Below are positions 49,793-59,820 of a stretch of 64,000 bases of DNA, one piece after another. The first letter of the stretch is position 1. Every line of letters starts with the position of its first letter. Source of the DNA: a virus (taxonomy: Duplodnaviria > Caudoviricetes); IMG/VR virus record IMGVR_UViG_3300032007_000001; one strand, given 5' to 3'. A program made the translations under genes and the position numbers. The notes below the pieces were generated by a model. That model searched no databases, had not been told where the DNA came from, and saw only the letters and a program-made list of their open reading frames with translations.

Positions 49793-50082
49793 AATTCAAA
49801 GATAAAAGCAAAAACAAAATAATCATTACAAATATAGAAATTGCATATGATAATCCAAAATATTTAGAGATAAAAATAATTGACGAAAACAAAAAATCAT
49901 TTAAGTTTTATGCTCATATTTTTAATATTTTTGGAATCAACGTATGCACAGATGCTTTTGCAAGTTTGAAACAAAAATTAAAAGAACAATCGATTTATAT
50001 AGAAAATGATTTTAAGAGAATGATAAAAGTACACATAAAAGAATTTATGATGAAAAATAGTATTTATTTCATTGGATTATGA
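49789..50082 (+). CDS. Hypothetical protein, G-Phi family (ends IGL)
   Basis: ATGA overlap. Confidence 0.6.
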   Translation: MKFKDKSKNKIIITNIEIAYDNPKYLEIKIIDENKKSFKFYAHIFNIFGINVCTDAFASLKQKLKEQSIYIENDFKRMIKVHIKEFMMKNSIYFIGL

Positions 50083-50252
50083 ATAAAGAAACAATCATAG
50101 AAATACTTGAAAATGAAATCAATTGCGTTAAAGCTGCAGAATATTGCACCAGAGAATGTAATAAATGTTTTCTCGTTAAAAAGCCTGAAGACATTATAAA
50201 TGCTTTAACTGTAGCTATAAAAACATTGGAGAAAAACTATGGAATTGATTGA
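50079..50252 (+). CDS. Small Cys-containing hypothetical protein (57 aa)
   Basis: Not in ORF track; MNKETIIEILENEINCVKAAEYCTRECNKC...; ATGA overlap. Confidence 0.55.
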   Translation: MNKETIIEILENEINCVKAAEYCTRECNKCFLVKKPEDIINALTVAIKTLEKNYGID

Positions 50253-50595
50253 TGTAAAAATATTGAAATCGCATTATCAATTTACTTTTTTACACAATAG
50301 TAAGAAAAGTAATAATGTATATAATATTTTTATTTTCATCAAAAAAAATGGATTAATTAAAATAGGTAAACGCACTACTTATCATTCTGATGATATTTTT
50401 TTAAGTGCAACATGTTATTCATTTAGATATGGGAGAAGCGAATCGTATAAATGTTATTTTGACTTATCAAAACAACAAATGGATGATATAGCAAATACGT
50501 TGAAATATGAACTTGGTTTATATAAAAGAAGCACAAAAAAGATGTTGAATATATTCTTAAATCACGAACTTACGAAAAAAGTTGTTGGACTTTGA
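50239..50595 (+). CDS. Hypothetical protein, G-Phi family (ends VGL)
   Basis: GGAG RBS. Confidence 0.6.
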   Translation: MELIDVKILKSHYQFTFLHNSKKSNNVYNIFIFIKKNGLIKIGKRTTYHSDDIFLSATCYSFRYGRSESYKCYFDLSKQQMDDIANTLKYELGLYKRSTKKMLNIFLNHELTKKVVGL

Positions 50596-50647
50596 ATTTT
50601 TTACAATACATGGTTTACAAATGATTTTTTTATGATATAATAAATTA

Positions 50648-50826
50648 CGGTTGGAATGAATTAAGTGCTTTTTTGGCGGCTCCTTTCGGCAAATGCTTAA
50701 TTCGTGAAAACTCTTCGTCATTGGATTTGGATTTCGGATTGATAACACATATCCCTGAACCAATTCGGAATCCTCTCCTCAAAATTAAGACCAACACTTA
50801 ATTTGCTTAGTGTTGGTCATTTTTTA
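50648..50826 (+). ncRNA. Candidate two-hairpin sRNA (copy A)
   Basis: Own promoter (50614-50641), two long stems, terminator, no ORF; motifs shared with 61245..61390. Confidence 0.5.
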
Positions 50827-50885
50827 TTTTTCAAAACAATAAATATATTTTTTTATTAGAATAAAAATAGAAAGGAGAATCAATT

Positions 50886-51182
50886 ATGCCCAATTTTTAT
50901 AGTCCAAAAGGTAATTATGAAGTTTGGGACAAAAAACCTAAAGGTTATTTTACATAAAAAGAATGGTTAAAAATACATCCTCCAGAAGTATATGTTCCAA
51001 CAAAAGAAGAACAACTTCAAAGTTTAGATATAACATATGAAAATCAAAAAAATGAATTGATTAAGCAATACAATGACGATATCATGCATCAAGATACTAA
51101 CGCTGCTAATAATGATATTACAGCCATGCAGGAATTAGATGCATGGTATGATGAAGAATATAATAAAATAAAAGGAGAATGA
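50886..51182 (+). pseudogene. Tail-fibre accessory protein-like gene with an internal TAA
   Basis: MPNFYSPKGNYEVWDKKPKGYFT*KEWLKIHPP...; stop at 50955-50957; strong RBS. Confidence 0.6.
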
Positions 51183-51186
51183 GATT

Positions 51187-51315
51187 ATGTCAGTAGTAAA
51201 AAAACGTTGCATTCGTTGCAGAAAACCTCTTAGAGAAGATGGGACTTGCCAAAATCCAGAATGTGTAAGATATACTCCACACAAAGAGGAAGAAGACAAA
51301 AAGGAAGACAAATAG
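51187..51315 (+). CDS. 42-aa Cys4 peptide upstream of the tail fibre
   Basis: MSVVKKRCIRCRKPLREDGTCQNPECVRY...; not in ORF track. Confidence 0.6.
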   Translation: MSVVKKRCIRCRKPLREDGTCQNPECVRYTPHKEEEDKKEDK

Positions 51316-51371
51316 TCTTCCTTTTTTATTTTAAAATTTTAATATCAATCTATATTAGTATTGAAAAATAA

Positions 51372-52385
51372 TTGATTGGTGATTTAATGTCAAACTTAAA
51401 TGATATAATTAATTACGGAACTGCAAAATTCAAAGTTGTAAGAAACGTAACGTCTGAAAATATGGGCAATTTTTCTTATGTCCCGGTTCCACTCGGTTCA
51501 ATTATTCCATATTCTGTTAATTCTTTAACACCTCCAAAAGGTTTTTTGTTTTGTGATGGTTCTGAAATTTCTCGTACAACTTATAATGATTTATTTAATG
51601 TAATAGGAACAACATATGGTTATGGAGACGAAGAAACAACTTTTAATCTTCCAAACTTAACGTCCGGTGAATTTCTTGAAAGTGGTTTAACGGCTGGAAC
51701 AAAACATACAGCAGGACTTCCAAATATCATTGGAACTCATACTGGTATTGTTGGAGACTTTCAAACAGGAACAGGGGCAATCCAAGTAACTCACGTCAAA
51801 AATGGTTATGCCACTGGCGGAGGACAAATATTTGATCTATCATTTGATGCTTCTAAATCTAATTCAATATATGGAAATTCAACAACAGTTCAACCAAAAT
51901 CTTTAACTGTAAAATACATTATAAAAGCATTTAATCCATTGATTGATGATGATTTATTTGTAGATGCAAATGAATTAAATAATACATTAAACAAAAAATT
52001 TGATGTAACAAAAGATTTTACAATTATATATCCAAACAATGGTACAGCGTCAAATCCAGCTAATGTGAGTTGTAATAACAGATATGTTGAGTCAAATCCA
52101 TTTCCAGGATATTATGTGCGTTGTCAGGTCGAAGTATATCAAGGAAACGAATGGGGAGTATCTCATTATGAAGGTTACAGAGAGATGGCAACTACAGCTG
52201 TTTATTATGGTGTAGGAATATATTGTTATCAACATAATGATAATAGTATAGTACTTGTTACTGGTACTCATTTAATTGGACAATCAGAACATATACATGA
52301 TGTTCATCCAAATACATTTAATTTTCCAAGTCTTTCTCAAAGCGTACCATGCAGAGTAAAAGTTTGGAAAATAGGAAAAATATAA
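51372..52385 (+). CDS. Tail fibre protein with collar domain (likely start 51387)
   Basis: PLGSIIPY...GFLFCDGSEISRTTYNDLFNVIGTTYG.GD..TTFNLPNL, AGLPNI, FDASKSNSIYGNSTTVQPKS. Confidence 0.9.
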   Translation: MIGDLMSNLNDIINYGTAKFKVVRNVTSENMGNFSYVPVPLGSIIPYSVNSLTPPKGFLFCDGSEISRTTYNDLFNVIGTTYGYGDEETTFNLPNLTSGEFLESGLTAGTKHTAGLPNIIGTHTGIVGDFQTGTGAIQVTHVKNGYATGGGQIFDLSFDASKSNSIYGNSTTVQPKSLTVKYIIKAFNPLIDDDLFVDANELNNTLNKKFDVTKDFTIIYPNNGTASNPANVSCNNRYVESNPFPGYYVRCQVEVYQGNEWGVSHYEGYREMATTAVYYGVGIYCYQHNDNSIVLVTGTHLIGQSEHIHDVHPNTFNFPSLSQSVPCRVKVWKIGKI

Positions 52386-52449
52386 AATTTTTTGTAATTT
52401 ATGGTTTACTTTTTAATTTCTTGTGATATAATAAACAAGTAAATGTAAT

Positions 52450-52525
52450 GCGACTGTAACTCAGTTGGTAGAGTAACTGACTTTTAATCAGTAAGTCGTG
52501 GGTTCAAGTCCCACCAGTCGCACCA
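52450..52525 (+). tRNA. tRNA-Lys(TTT)
   Basis: ACTGA CT-TTT-AA TCAGT; promoter at 52405-52432. Confidence 0.93.
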
Positions 52526-52664
52526 CTTAAAAATTGAGAACCTTAAAAACAGAGCAATTTATGTTTTTAAGACATTAAAATAGATTGTTTTTAAGGTTCT
52601 TTTGTTGTATTTATAATTATATAAAGAATATTTCATGGACGAAAAATTAAAGGAGAGATGATTC

Positions 52665-54368
52665 ATGGACAGAAAAATTTCATTAAACAAATTGATTGTT
52701 GGGATTTTTAGTTTTGTATTGATTGTTGTTTGTAGTGTTTTAGCGTTTGTTTCTTACGAAGTTGCAAATGATGGTTTCGGGGTTTCACTTGGTATTAAAG
52801 CAGAATCTGATTTAAAAGCAGTTGAAGAAGTAATTGACTTAAAATATCCTGGAACTTGGGAAATTAAAAATAATGTTTTATATAAAGGAAACAAAAATTT
52901 TGAAGGATTAACAGAAGAATTAGAACCAATTAAATCTATGACTGGAGATAATATCACTATATTTAGAAATGATACACGTGTATCAACAACTTTTATTAAG
53001 GAAGATGGTTCTCGTCCAGTTGGGACAAAAGCTTCTAAAATGGTTATAAAAACAGTATTACAAGAAAACAAACCGTTTTCTGGCGAAGCTAATGTATTAG
53101 GAAAAAATTATTTTTCGGCTTATCACACAATTAAAGATAAAACAGGGAAAACAATTGGTATGTTGTTTGTTGGAATACCAACAGAAGAAATTGAACTACT
53201 TCAAAGTATTTTTATAAGAAAAATGGCAATGTTTTCAATAGCAATACTTTTAATTATTGGAATTATTTCATTTGTTAGTATTACAAAAGCTTTAACAGTT
53301 GTAGATGACTTAAAGAAAAATATTGAAATAATTGCTGAGGGCAAATTAGCAAAAGAAAGTACAATGCTCGGCCAAAGTAAAATTAAAGAAATGGACGATA
53401 TTATTAATAGCGTAAGAGCTATGAAAGTAGCATTTAGAAATACTGTAAGACAAATAATTGAAACATCTCAATCTGTTGCAGCTTCATCAGAACAACTTAC
53501 GGCTACATCTGCACAAACAGCGCAAAGTATAAATATTGTAGCAGAATCTACAGTTAAAATGGCAGAAAGCGCAGAACAACAATTGGATTTTGTTAAGAAA
53601 ACAAACGAAGAAGTAAATAACATGAAAATAAATCTTGAAAATCTAATTGCGTCTTCAGAAGAAATGCAAAATACTGTAAACACTGTTAACGAAAATACAA
53701 ATTCTGGTAAAGAAATAGTAGAAAAAGCAATCAATAATATTGATATTATGTCAGATAAAATTGACCAATCAGCTGACATCATAAAATCTCTTGGAGAACA
53801 TTCAAAAGATATTGGAAAAATAGTAGATACAATTTCTAATATTTCAGGTAAAACCAGTTTATTAGCATTAAATGCAGCTATTGAAGCAAGTCACGCTGGA
53901 GAAGCTGGAAAAGGATTTTCTGTTGTTGCTGAAGAGGTAAGAAAATTAGCAGAAGCCTCTCAGGAGTCATCAGACAATATTTCTGCAATCATAGACAAAG
54001 TCCAAAAGGAAATCAATAATGCAATTTCTTCGATGAACGAGTCAGTGTCTAAAGTGAAAGAATCAAAGGATATGATTTCAGAAACAGGAATAGCATTTAA
54101 TAAAATTGATAATTCTGTAGAAGAACTTTCTAAATCTGTGAAAGATTCGGTAGAAAATATCAATCAAGTACAAGAGGTTGGGAAATCAGTATCTGATGCA
54201 ATAACAAACATTGAAGAATTGTCTGGCGTTGCTGTTGGAGAAGCACAAAATGTATCTGCTTCAACAGAAGAACAAACAGCGTCAATGCAGGAAATCAGTG
54301 AAGCTTCAAATCAATTAGCAATAATGGCACAAGACTTACAAAACAATATAGCAAAATTTGATGTATAA
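52665..54368 (+). CDS. Methyl-accepting chemotaxis protein (TM-Cache-TM-HAMP-signalling domain)
   Basis: TIF..DTRVST...G.R.VGT Cache motif; [30 protein letters not shown]. Confidence 0.95.
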   Translation: MDRKISLNKLIVGIFSFVLIVVCSVLAFVSYEVANDGFGVSLGIKAESDLKAVEEVIDLKYPGTWEIKNNVLYKGNKNFEGLTEELEPIKSMTGDNITIFRNDTRVSTTFIKEDGSRPVGTKASKMVIKTVLQENKPFSGEANVLGKNYFSAYHTIKDKTGKTIGMLFVGIPTEEIELLQSIFIRKMAMFSIAILLIIGIISFVSITKALTVVDDLKKNIEIIAEGKLAKESTMLGQSKIKEMDDIINSVRAMKVAFRNTVRQIIETSQSVAASSEQLTATSAQTAQSINIVAESTVKMAESAEQQLDFVKKTNEEVNNMKINLENLIASSEEMQNTVNTVNENTNSGKEIVEKAINNIDIMSDKIDQSADIIKSLGEHSKDIGKIVDTISNISGKTSLLALNAAIEASHAGEAGKGFSVVAEEVRKLAEASQESSDNISAIIDKVQKEINNAISSMNESVSKVKESKDMISETGIAFNKIDNSVEELSKSVKDSVENINQVQEVGKSVSDAITNIEELSGVAVGEAQNVSASTEEQTASMQEISEASNQLAIMAQDLQNNIAKFDV

Positions 54369-54448
54369 AAACATAAATTATAGAAGTGCAATTCTATTTT
54401 TAGGATTGCACTTTATTTTTTTATAAATAAGATAAAGAGGTAAAAATC

Positions 54449-55129
54449 ATGTTTGTAAAAAGATATATAGAAGCTAGTAAAAAAGAAGCTAAAGGAATTA
54501 AAAATATTATCAAAAGAAGAATGTTTCTTGCTTATAGACTAAAAATAGCTGAGATTATAGAAGACTTAAAAACGTTTAATGACCTTAAAAAATATTTTGT
54601 TACAAAAAATGAAGCTGACAAAAAATTAAAAGAATTACAAAAACAACAAAAAGATAATGAAAATGTAAGAATAGATAGTGAAGACATAGATTGGTATGAA
54701 ATAAATGACGATAAGGAAGAATTTTATATTTATAGTACATTTGTATTGAGCGAAACAAATAAAATAGATGAAACATATGAAAAAAATACTCATAATATGC
54801 AAAAAAATCATTATATGATAGGAAAATGTTGTTTAGTAGAATTAAGAAGAAGAGGATATGATGATTTTGTAACGCTTGCTGGAATATATTCAACAAATAA
54901 TCCTAAAATGATAGGACGTAAAATATATAAAACAAAAAAAATAGGCGAAACCATAAAAGAAATACAAACAAATGGAATACTGTGTTATGGCGAACATTTT
55001 AAGATTGCAGACGATATATATATGGATTTTCAACAGATAAATGATTTTGCTGAACAAAAACTAAAGGAAGAAATACACTTAAAATTGCAACAACACAATG
55101 AAGAACAAAAACAACAACAAAGTGCATAA
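54449..55129 (+). CDS. Hypothetical protein
   Basis: GAGGT RBS. Confidence 0.65.
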   Translation: MFVKRYIEASKKEAKGIKNIIKRRMFLAYRLKIAEIIEDLKTFNDLKKYFVTKNEADKKLKELQKQQKDNENVRIDSEDIDWYEINDDKEEFYIYSTFVLSETNKIDETYEKNTHNMQKNHYMIGKCCLVELRRRGYDDFVTLAGIYSTNNPKMIGRKIYKTKKIGETIKEIQTNGILCYGEHFKIADDIYMDFQQINDFAEQKLKEEIHLKLQQHNEEQKQQQSA

Positions 55130-55134
55130 AACTA

Positions 55135-55163
55135 TTTACAAATAGTCAATTTTATGTTATAAT
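55135..55163 (+). promoter_or_regulatory. Sigma-A-like promoter TTTACA-17-TATAAT
   Basis: Consensus match. Confidence 0.6.
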
Positions 55164-55177
55164 CTCAAAAAAAAGAG

Positions 55178-55669
55178 GTGAATAACATGAAAGGCTTAAA
55201 CAACAAAATGAAAGAAATAGCATTTTTTTTAGAAAAATTTGTACATAAAAGCAATGGATGCTATGTAGATATAAATTTTTCAAATGAAAATGATATTGGA
55301 AAAATTTGTAAAATTTTTACTATATGTATATCATATACAAATACAATTTTTTGTAGAAAAAACAAATATCCTTTTTATTCATATGATTATACAATCGACC
55401 TAATTTGTAAAAAGTCTGAAGAAAACGATATTATTTTTGATAATTCACAAATTCTATGGACAAAAAAAGCAACAATTACATTTATGATAAAAGATATAGA
55501 CGAAATGAAAAAAGTTGTTTCTGGAGAATTGAACGATATATTTAATAAATATGTCGTAAATACAGAACCAGCTAAAATAACAATGTGTGTTCCACCAGAA
55601 ATTAATGACCCCAATTATAGAGAACACATGAATGAATACATTAAAAATAAATTGGAAGGTAAAATCTAA
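55178..55669 (+). CDS. Hypothetical protein
   Basis: ORF after promoter. Confidence 0.6.
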   Translation: MNNMKGLNNKMKEIAFFLEKFVHKSNGCYVDINFSNENDIGKICKIFTICISYTNTIFCRKNKYPFYSYDYTIDLICKKSEENDIIFDNSQILWTKKATITFMIKDIDEMKKVVSGELNDIFNKYVVNTEPAKITMCVPPEINDPNYREHMNEYIKNKLEGKI

Positions 55670-55678
55670 AATAAAAAT

Positions 55679-55789
55679 GGAGGGTGTTCTGATATATCTT
55701 TTTGAAATTGCATTAACGTACGAATGCAATGGATAATGATGAATATAATGACGGTCGCGACTGACTCCGATAAATGTCACACCCTGCCA
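55679..55789. ncRNA. Candidate structured RNA with tRNA-like closing stem
   Basis: AGGGTGT pairs with ACACCCT; CCA end on either strand; internal ATTGCATT/AATGCAAT hairpin. Confidence 0.3.
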
Positions 55790-55903
55790 GAAAAAATTCA
55801 AGCCAACAATGTTGGCTTTTTATTTTTATAAAAATAGTAAATGATTTTTTAAATAAAATAAAAAAGCAATTGTTGCTAAAAATTTTTAATTGGAGGTAAG
55901 ATT

Positions 55904-56521
55904 ATGTTAGGAGCATGGGAAGTAAAAGTTAGTACTAGCGGTATGCCGCAGAAAGTAGCAACTGCATTTGACCAGCTTAATGAAATGGTTGGTGCTGAAT
56001 ATACTTTTGTAGCATATCTTGGTAGTCAGGTTGTGAATGGCACTAATCATGCTGTTCTCGCAGAACAGACTATCGTCGCTGGCAAAGACACAAAGAATGC
56101 CGTAGTTGTTATTTTCCGCGAAACCAAGGAAGGCGTAGCACTTTCTGGTATTGAACGCGTTCTTGAAACCGGCGGAGAACTTGGTGGAATTAAAGTAGAC
56201 GTTACTACTAATATTCCAGCAGAAGCAAAAGATGCTTTCACTACGACTATGGAAGGATTTGTTGGATGCAAGATTGAATTGATTGCTCTCCTTGGAACAC
56301 AGATGACAAAGGGCAATAACTATATCTTCGCTGCAACTTCAACAAGTGTTACACCAGAACCTGAAACAAAAGTTTGCATGATTACAGTCAATCCAATGAC
56401 TAAGGACATTGCATTTGCAGATTTGCTCGCAGCAAAACATGATGTTATGTCACTTGGTTATGCATTTACTTGGTTGAAACGCGGTACATCCTTTGGTGCA
56501 CCTCTTGGCGAATGGCCATGA
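55904..56521 (+). CDS. Tandem cystatin-like-repeat protein ending PLGEWP
   Basis: LGSQVVNGTNH and LGTQMTKGNNY repeats. Confidence 0.6.
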   Translation: MLGAWEVKVSTSGMPQKVATAFDQLNEMVGAEYTFVAYLGSQVVNGTNHAVLAEQTIVAGKDTKNAVVVIFRETKEGVALSGIERVLETGGELGGIKVDVTTNIPAEAKDAFTTTMEGFVGCKIELIALLGTQMTKGNNYIFAATSTSVTPEPETKVCMITVNPMTKDIAFADLLAAKHDVMSLGYAFTWLKRGTSFGAPLGEWP

Positions 56522-56534
56522 TAGGAGAAACATT

Positions 56535-56708
56535 ATGTCTGATATTCAAGAATATAACCAAATTGACATTGAAAACGATTCATTGACTGTTGTAAGAGCA
56601 AAGATTGAAGCAATTGCAAAATCTCTTCGTAATCGCGCAGCAAACAACAGTAATGAATCAGAAGAAATCAATAATATGCTTAGTAAACCGCTTGGTGAAT
56701 GGCCTTAA
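56535..56708 (+). CDS. Small protein ending KPLGEWP
   Basis: AGGAG RBS fixes the start; paralogue of the next gene. Confidence 0.7.
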   Translation: MSDIQEYNQIDIENDSLTVVRAKIEAIAKSLRNRAANNSNESEEINNMLSKPLGEWP

Positions 56709-56724
56709 TTAAAGGAGAATAATT

Positions 56725-57006
56725 ATGGCAAATATTCCAGAGTATAATCAAATTGATATTGATAACGATTCACTAGTAGTAATTACGGCTAAAATAGAAG
56801 CACTTGCCAAAGCACTTCGTCAACGCGCTGAAAAGACTACTAATGAAAAAGAAAAATCATATCTAAAAACAATTCTTTCAAAACCATTGATTCAATTAAG
56901 TCCTGAAGCTAAAGGCGAAGTAATTGAGCCAGTAGAACCAATTCAAAAAGAAGAAATTCTTGGAAATCCTGGGTCAGTACTTGGAAAACCACTTGCAGAA
57001 TGGTAA
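56725..57006 (+). CDS. Small protein ending KPLAEW
   Basis: EYNQIDI.NDSL.V..AKIEA.AK.LR.RA shared with the previous gene. Confidence 0.7.
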   Translation: MANIPEYNQIDIDNDSLVVITAKIEALAKALRQRAEKTTNEKEKSYLKTILSKPLIQLSPEAKGEVIEPVEPIQKEEILGNPGSVLGKPLAEW

Positions 57007-57083
57007 TTTTAAGAAAGCCGGTATAAACTATGCCGGCTTTTTTATTTTTCTAATAGAAAATTAATTGAATGGGAGAAAAGACT

Positions 57084-57605
57084 ATGAATATCATAAAAAA
57101 CAGATTACAAAAATTAGCAGAAAATAAATTTTCGTATAAATTTGCTTCTAATTGGGTATATTGGGTAGAAGGATTTGATAAGATGGAAGAAGAACTACCA
57201 GAATATTGGTCAGAATTTTATAGAGAAGCAAAAGAATTTGTAGAAAATGACTTTAATTCTTTTAAGAATGAATTTGTAGAAATAGCACAAAGAGATATAC
57301 CAAGCATTATTGATTTAGCCTTTACATTAAAGCAAGACGATGCTATTATGACTGTAACGTATAACGAAGAACCAACCGATGATATATTGGAAAAAACAAA
57401 AAATTGGATAGAAGGACAATATAGTGACGGTTGGGGAGAAGGATTAGAACAAAATGCTTTTTCCACTTATGAAGATGAAGATGAAATGGATTATGAAGAT
57501 GAAGAAACTGGTGAAACATATACAGAATATGAACCAGTACAACGAAATATTTCTGTAAAATTACATCCTTTTGAACAAAAATTTTCGATAAATGTCTTAA
57601 AATAA
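57084..57605 (+). CDS. Acidic hypothetical protein with MNIIKNRLQKLA leader
   Basis: WIEGQYSDGWGEGLEQ motif. Confidence 0.7.
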   Translation: MNIIKNRLQKLAENKFSYKFASNWVYWVEGFDKMEEELPEYWSEFYREAKEFVENDFNSFKNEFVEIAQRDIPSIIDLAFTLKQDDAIMTVTYNEEPTDDILEKTKNWIEGQYSDGWGEGLEQNAFSTYEDEDEMDYEDEETGETYTEYEPVQRNISVKLHPFEQKFSINVLK

Positions 57606-57640
57606 TAAAAGAGAAGTCATAATGACTTCTCTTAATTTTT

Positions 57641-57717
57641 TGGCAGAGGCGGTAGGAGTCGGACCTACGAATATTCGGGTCAAAGCCGAACGTGTTCAAC
57701 CACTTCACCACGCCCCT
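57641..57717 (-). tRNA. tRNA-Gln(TTG), atypical
   Basis: TTCGG CT-TTG-AC CCGAA; A1:U72; T-loop TCCGAC. Confidence 0.8.
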
Positions 57718-57757
57718 ATTTTAAGTATGCAATTTGTATAAATGTTTTGTTTTTAAT

Positions 57758-57834
57758 TGGAGCGTACAGTTGGATTTGAACCAACGAATAACGGTTTTGC
57801 AGACCGTGCCCTTAGACCACTTGGGTATGTACGC
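57758..57834 (-). tRNA. tRNA-Cys(GCA)
   Basis: CT-GCA-AA; U73. Confidence 0.92.
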
Positions 57835-57836
57835 AT

Positions 57837-57914
57837 TGGCTCCCGAGGTAGGACTCGAACCTACGACCTACGGTTTAACAGACCGTTGCTAACCACCAGC
57901 TGAGCTACTCGGGA
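57837..57914 (-). tRNA. tRNA-Asn(GTT)
   Basis: CT-GTT-AA; U1:A72, G73. Confidence 0.92.
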
Positions 57915-57919
57915 ATATT

Positions 57920-58005
57920 TGGTTGGTCGGGTAGGATTTGAACCTACGAAGGATTACTCCGCGTGATTTACAGTCACGATGCTTTAACCACTTGCATACC
58001 GGCCA
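57920..58005 (-). tRNA. tRNA-Tyr(GTA)
   Basis: CT-GTA-AA; long variable arm. Confidence 0.88.
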
Positions 58006-58038
58006 TTATATTTTTTAATACTTTATCAAACAATAGAT

Positions 58039-58067
58039 ATTATATCATGTTTCAATAAATTTGTAAA
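58039..58067 (-). promoter_or_regulatory. Sigma-A-like promoter TTTACA-17-TATAAT upstream of the tRNA cluster
   Basis: Consensus match. Confidence 0.65.
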
Positions 58068-58083
58068 TATTTTTTTATGAAAA

Positions 58084-58356
58084 TCAAAGACCAAATGTTG
58101 TTATAATTATTTTTTTGCTATTAAAAATTTTTTTTATGATTTCATCTTCAAAAGAATATGTCCAATGTTTATTATTTTTTCTAAAGTGTCTCTTCAATTC
58201 TTTTTTATCAAACATTTTGCACGGTTCGAATAAAAAATTAGTTGTATTATCCATAAAAAATGCTATTTGATAATTCATTACAACAAGATAGCAATCTAAA
58301 TAAAATTTTATACCATGTATTTCAAATGTATGATAATACTTCATTTTTATTCTCAT
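58084..58356 (-). CDS. Hypothetical protein, G-Phi family (ends FGL)
   Basis: ORF in array. Confidence 0.6.
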   Translation of the reverse strand: MRIKMKYYHTFEIHGIKFYLDCYLVVMNYQIAFFMDNTTNFLFEPCKMFDKKELKRHFRKNNKHWTYSFEDEIIKKIFNSKKIIITTFGL

Positions 58357-58601
58357 AATCCAATCTTTTCCAATAAAACACCCTTAAATATTGAAATGGC
58401 GAAGTCACTATTATCTGGATTTAGTTCTTCTATATATCCATCTTGACTTGTTGAAAATGAAAAATTATCATAATTAAAAATTATTTCTACTTTTTTGTTA
58501 TTTACATAAACCATACCGCCTATAATGCGTTTTTGCCTCGTATAAAATTCATAAAAATTAAAATTCATTATGTCATATGGCATATCAATATCCCACTTCA
58601 A
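58353..58601 (-). CDS. Hypothetical protein, G-Phi family (ends IGL)
   Basis: ORF in array. Confidence 0.55.
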   Translation of the reverse strand: MKWDIDMPYDIMNFNFYEFYTRQKRIIGGMVYVNNKKVEIIFNYDNFSFSTSQDGYIEELNPDNSDFAISIFKGVLLEKIGL

Positions 58602-58821
58602 TCATAAAATATTTTTTTCTATCTTCTACAACAAGAGCGCATGGACCAACAAATCTATAACTACTAAAATAATCAAAAATCTCGTCAAAGATTGTATCTT
58701 TTTCTAATGCACGACATAAATCTTTTGATGATTTTGGATAAACGTTAAGAGCTAATCTATTTAATTGTTTATTTTGAGTTAAAATAAAATCAATATATGA
58801 TTGGTAGCTTATAATCTTCAT
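58585..58821 (-). CDS. Hypothetical protein, G-Phi family (ends VGY)
   Basis: ATGA overlap with the upstream stop fixes the start at MKIISYQ. Confidence 0.6.
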   Translation of the reverse strand: MKIISYQSYIDFILTQNKQLNRLALNVYPKSSKDLCRALEKDTIFDEIFDYFSSYRFVGPCALVVEDRKKYFMIEVGY

Positions 58822-59174
58822 GTAATTTTCCATTCTCCGTCTGGACGCATTTTCGCTAAAGCTAAAAGTTGATTTAATGCTCGTTTCGCATTGCCTTCTG
58901 TAGCATTCCAATAATTGGAATCCACATTATCTTTAAGTTTATTGATAGCACTTTGAAGAATTGGAATTGAATCAACAGCCGACATACCTTCAATTTTATG
59001 AATTCCGTCTTTACCCATCACTTTTTGGAAAATACTGCTATAATTATATGTAATATTTAACCACATTTCTTTCGTACCACCAACAACATATGTCCCACCG
59101 GTCATGAGATGCTCTGTAGTGGTCTCTAACACTTCTTTTGTTACTGGGTCAATAAGATACATGTCGTAACTCAT
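58818..59174 (-). CDS. Hypothetical phage protein
   Basis: MSYD...LNITYNYS...YWNATEGNAKRAL; GAAAGGAG RBS. Confidence 0.7.
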   Translation of the reverse strand: MSYDMYLIDPVTKEVLETTTEHLMTGGTYVVGGTKEMWLNITYNYSSIFQKVMGKDGIHKIEGMSAVDSIPILQSAINKLKDNVDSNYWNATEGNAKRALNQLLALAKMRPDGEWKIT

Positions 59175-59192
59175 AATGCATTCTCCTTTCCC

Positions 59193-59549
59193 TTATAGCC
59201 CTATTCTTTGGATTAAATTTAATCTTTTATAAAAATTCTTAACAACTTCTATAATTGCATTTTTTTCTTCATTAGTAAAGTAATCTTTTATAGTTTTTAA
59301 GATATATTTTTTTGTAAAAATATCATATTCATCTAATGTTTCGCAATATTCTTTCCCATTACATTTTACAATCAAATCACTTGTATAAATTTTCCTAAGT
59401 GCTATACCAAATGTATTGATACGCATTGTTCTCAATATACCTAAGTTAATTATTACAAGTATATTTCTATTTTCGCGAATAACGTAACTTCCAGTAAATT
59501 GTCCATGATTACTGGAGAATGATTTTTCTTGTACTTTATAGTCCATCAT
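59193..59549 (-). CDS. Hypothetical protein, G-Phi family (ends IGL)
   Basis: ORF in array. Confidence 0.6.
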   Translation of the reverse strand: MMDYKVQEKSFSSNHGQFTGSYVIRENRNILVIINLGILRTMRINTFGIALRKIYTSDLIVKCNGKEYCETLDEYDIFTKKYILKTIKDYFTNEEKNAIIEVVKNFYKRLNLIQRIGL

Positions 59550-59820
59550 GCAAAACCTTTTTATAAAATGATTGACGAATGATTTTATCTATCCATTTAT
59601 AATATCTAGCAAAGACTATCTTTCTTTTTAGATTCATTCTTTGAGATATTCTTTTCATATCATTAAAGTAGTCGTTATTGTATCTTATGACAATAGTTTC
59701 TCTAAAAGAATCGTTTAAGATAAAAACTGCATAAATTTTATTAAATTCATATTTTTCGCTGAGCAATAGATTTATTTTCAATTGTATGTCATTGTTTTTC
59801 AAAGAAAAAATTTCTTTCAT
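59536..59820 (-). CDS. Hypothetical protein, G-Phi family (ends DGL)
   Basis: ORF in array. Confidence 0.6.
   Translation of the reverse strand: MKEIFSLKNNDIQLKINLLLSEKYEFNKIYAVFILNDSFRETIVIRYNNDYFNDMKRISQRMNLKRKIVFARYYKWIDKIIRQSFYKKVLHDGL

Noticed and set aside
41176-50595. G-Phi endings as a by-product of overlapping SD/start sequences
   Set aside because: May contribute in coupled genes, but the motif also occurs in last-in-operon genes and with GGT/GGC codons
56535-57006. Streptide-like KxxxW precursor
   Set aside because: Spacing is KxxxxW and no rSAM gene is adjacent; kept only as a shared motif
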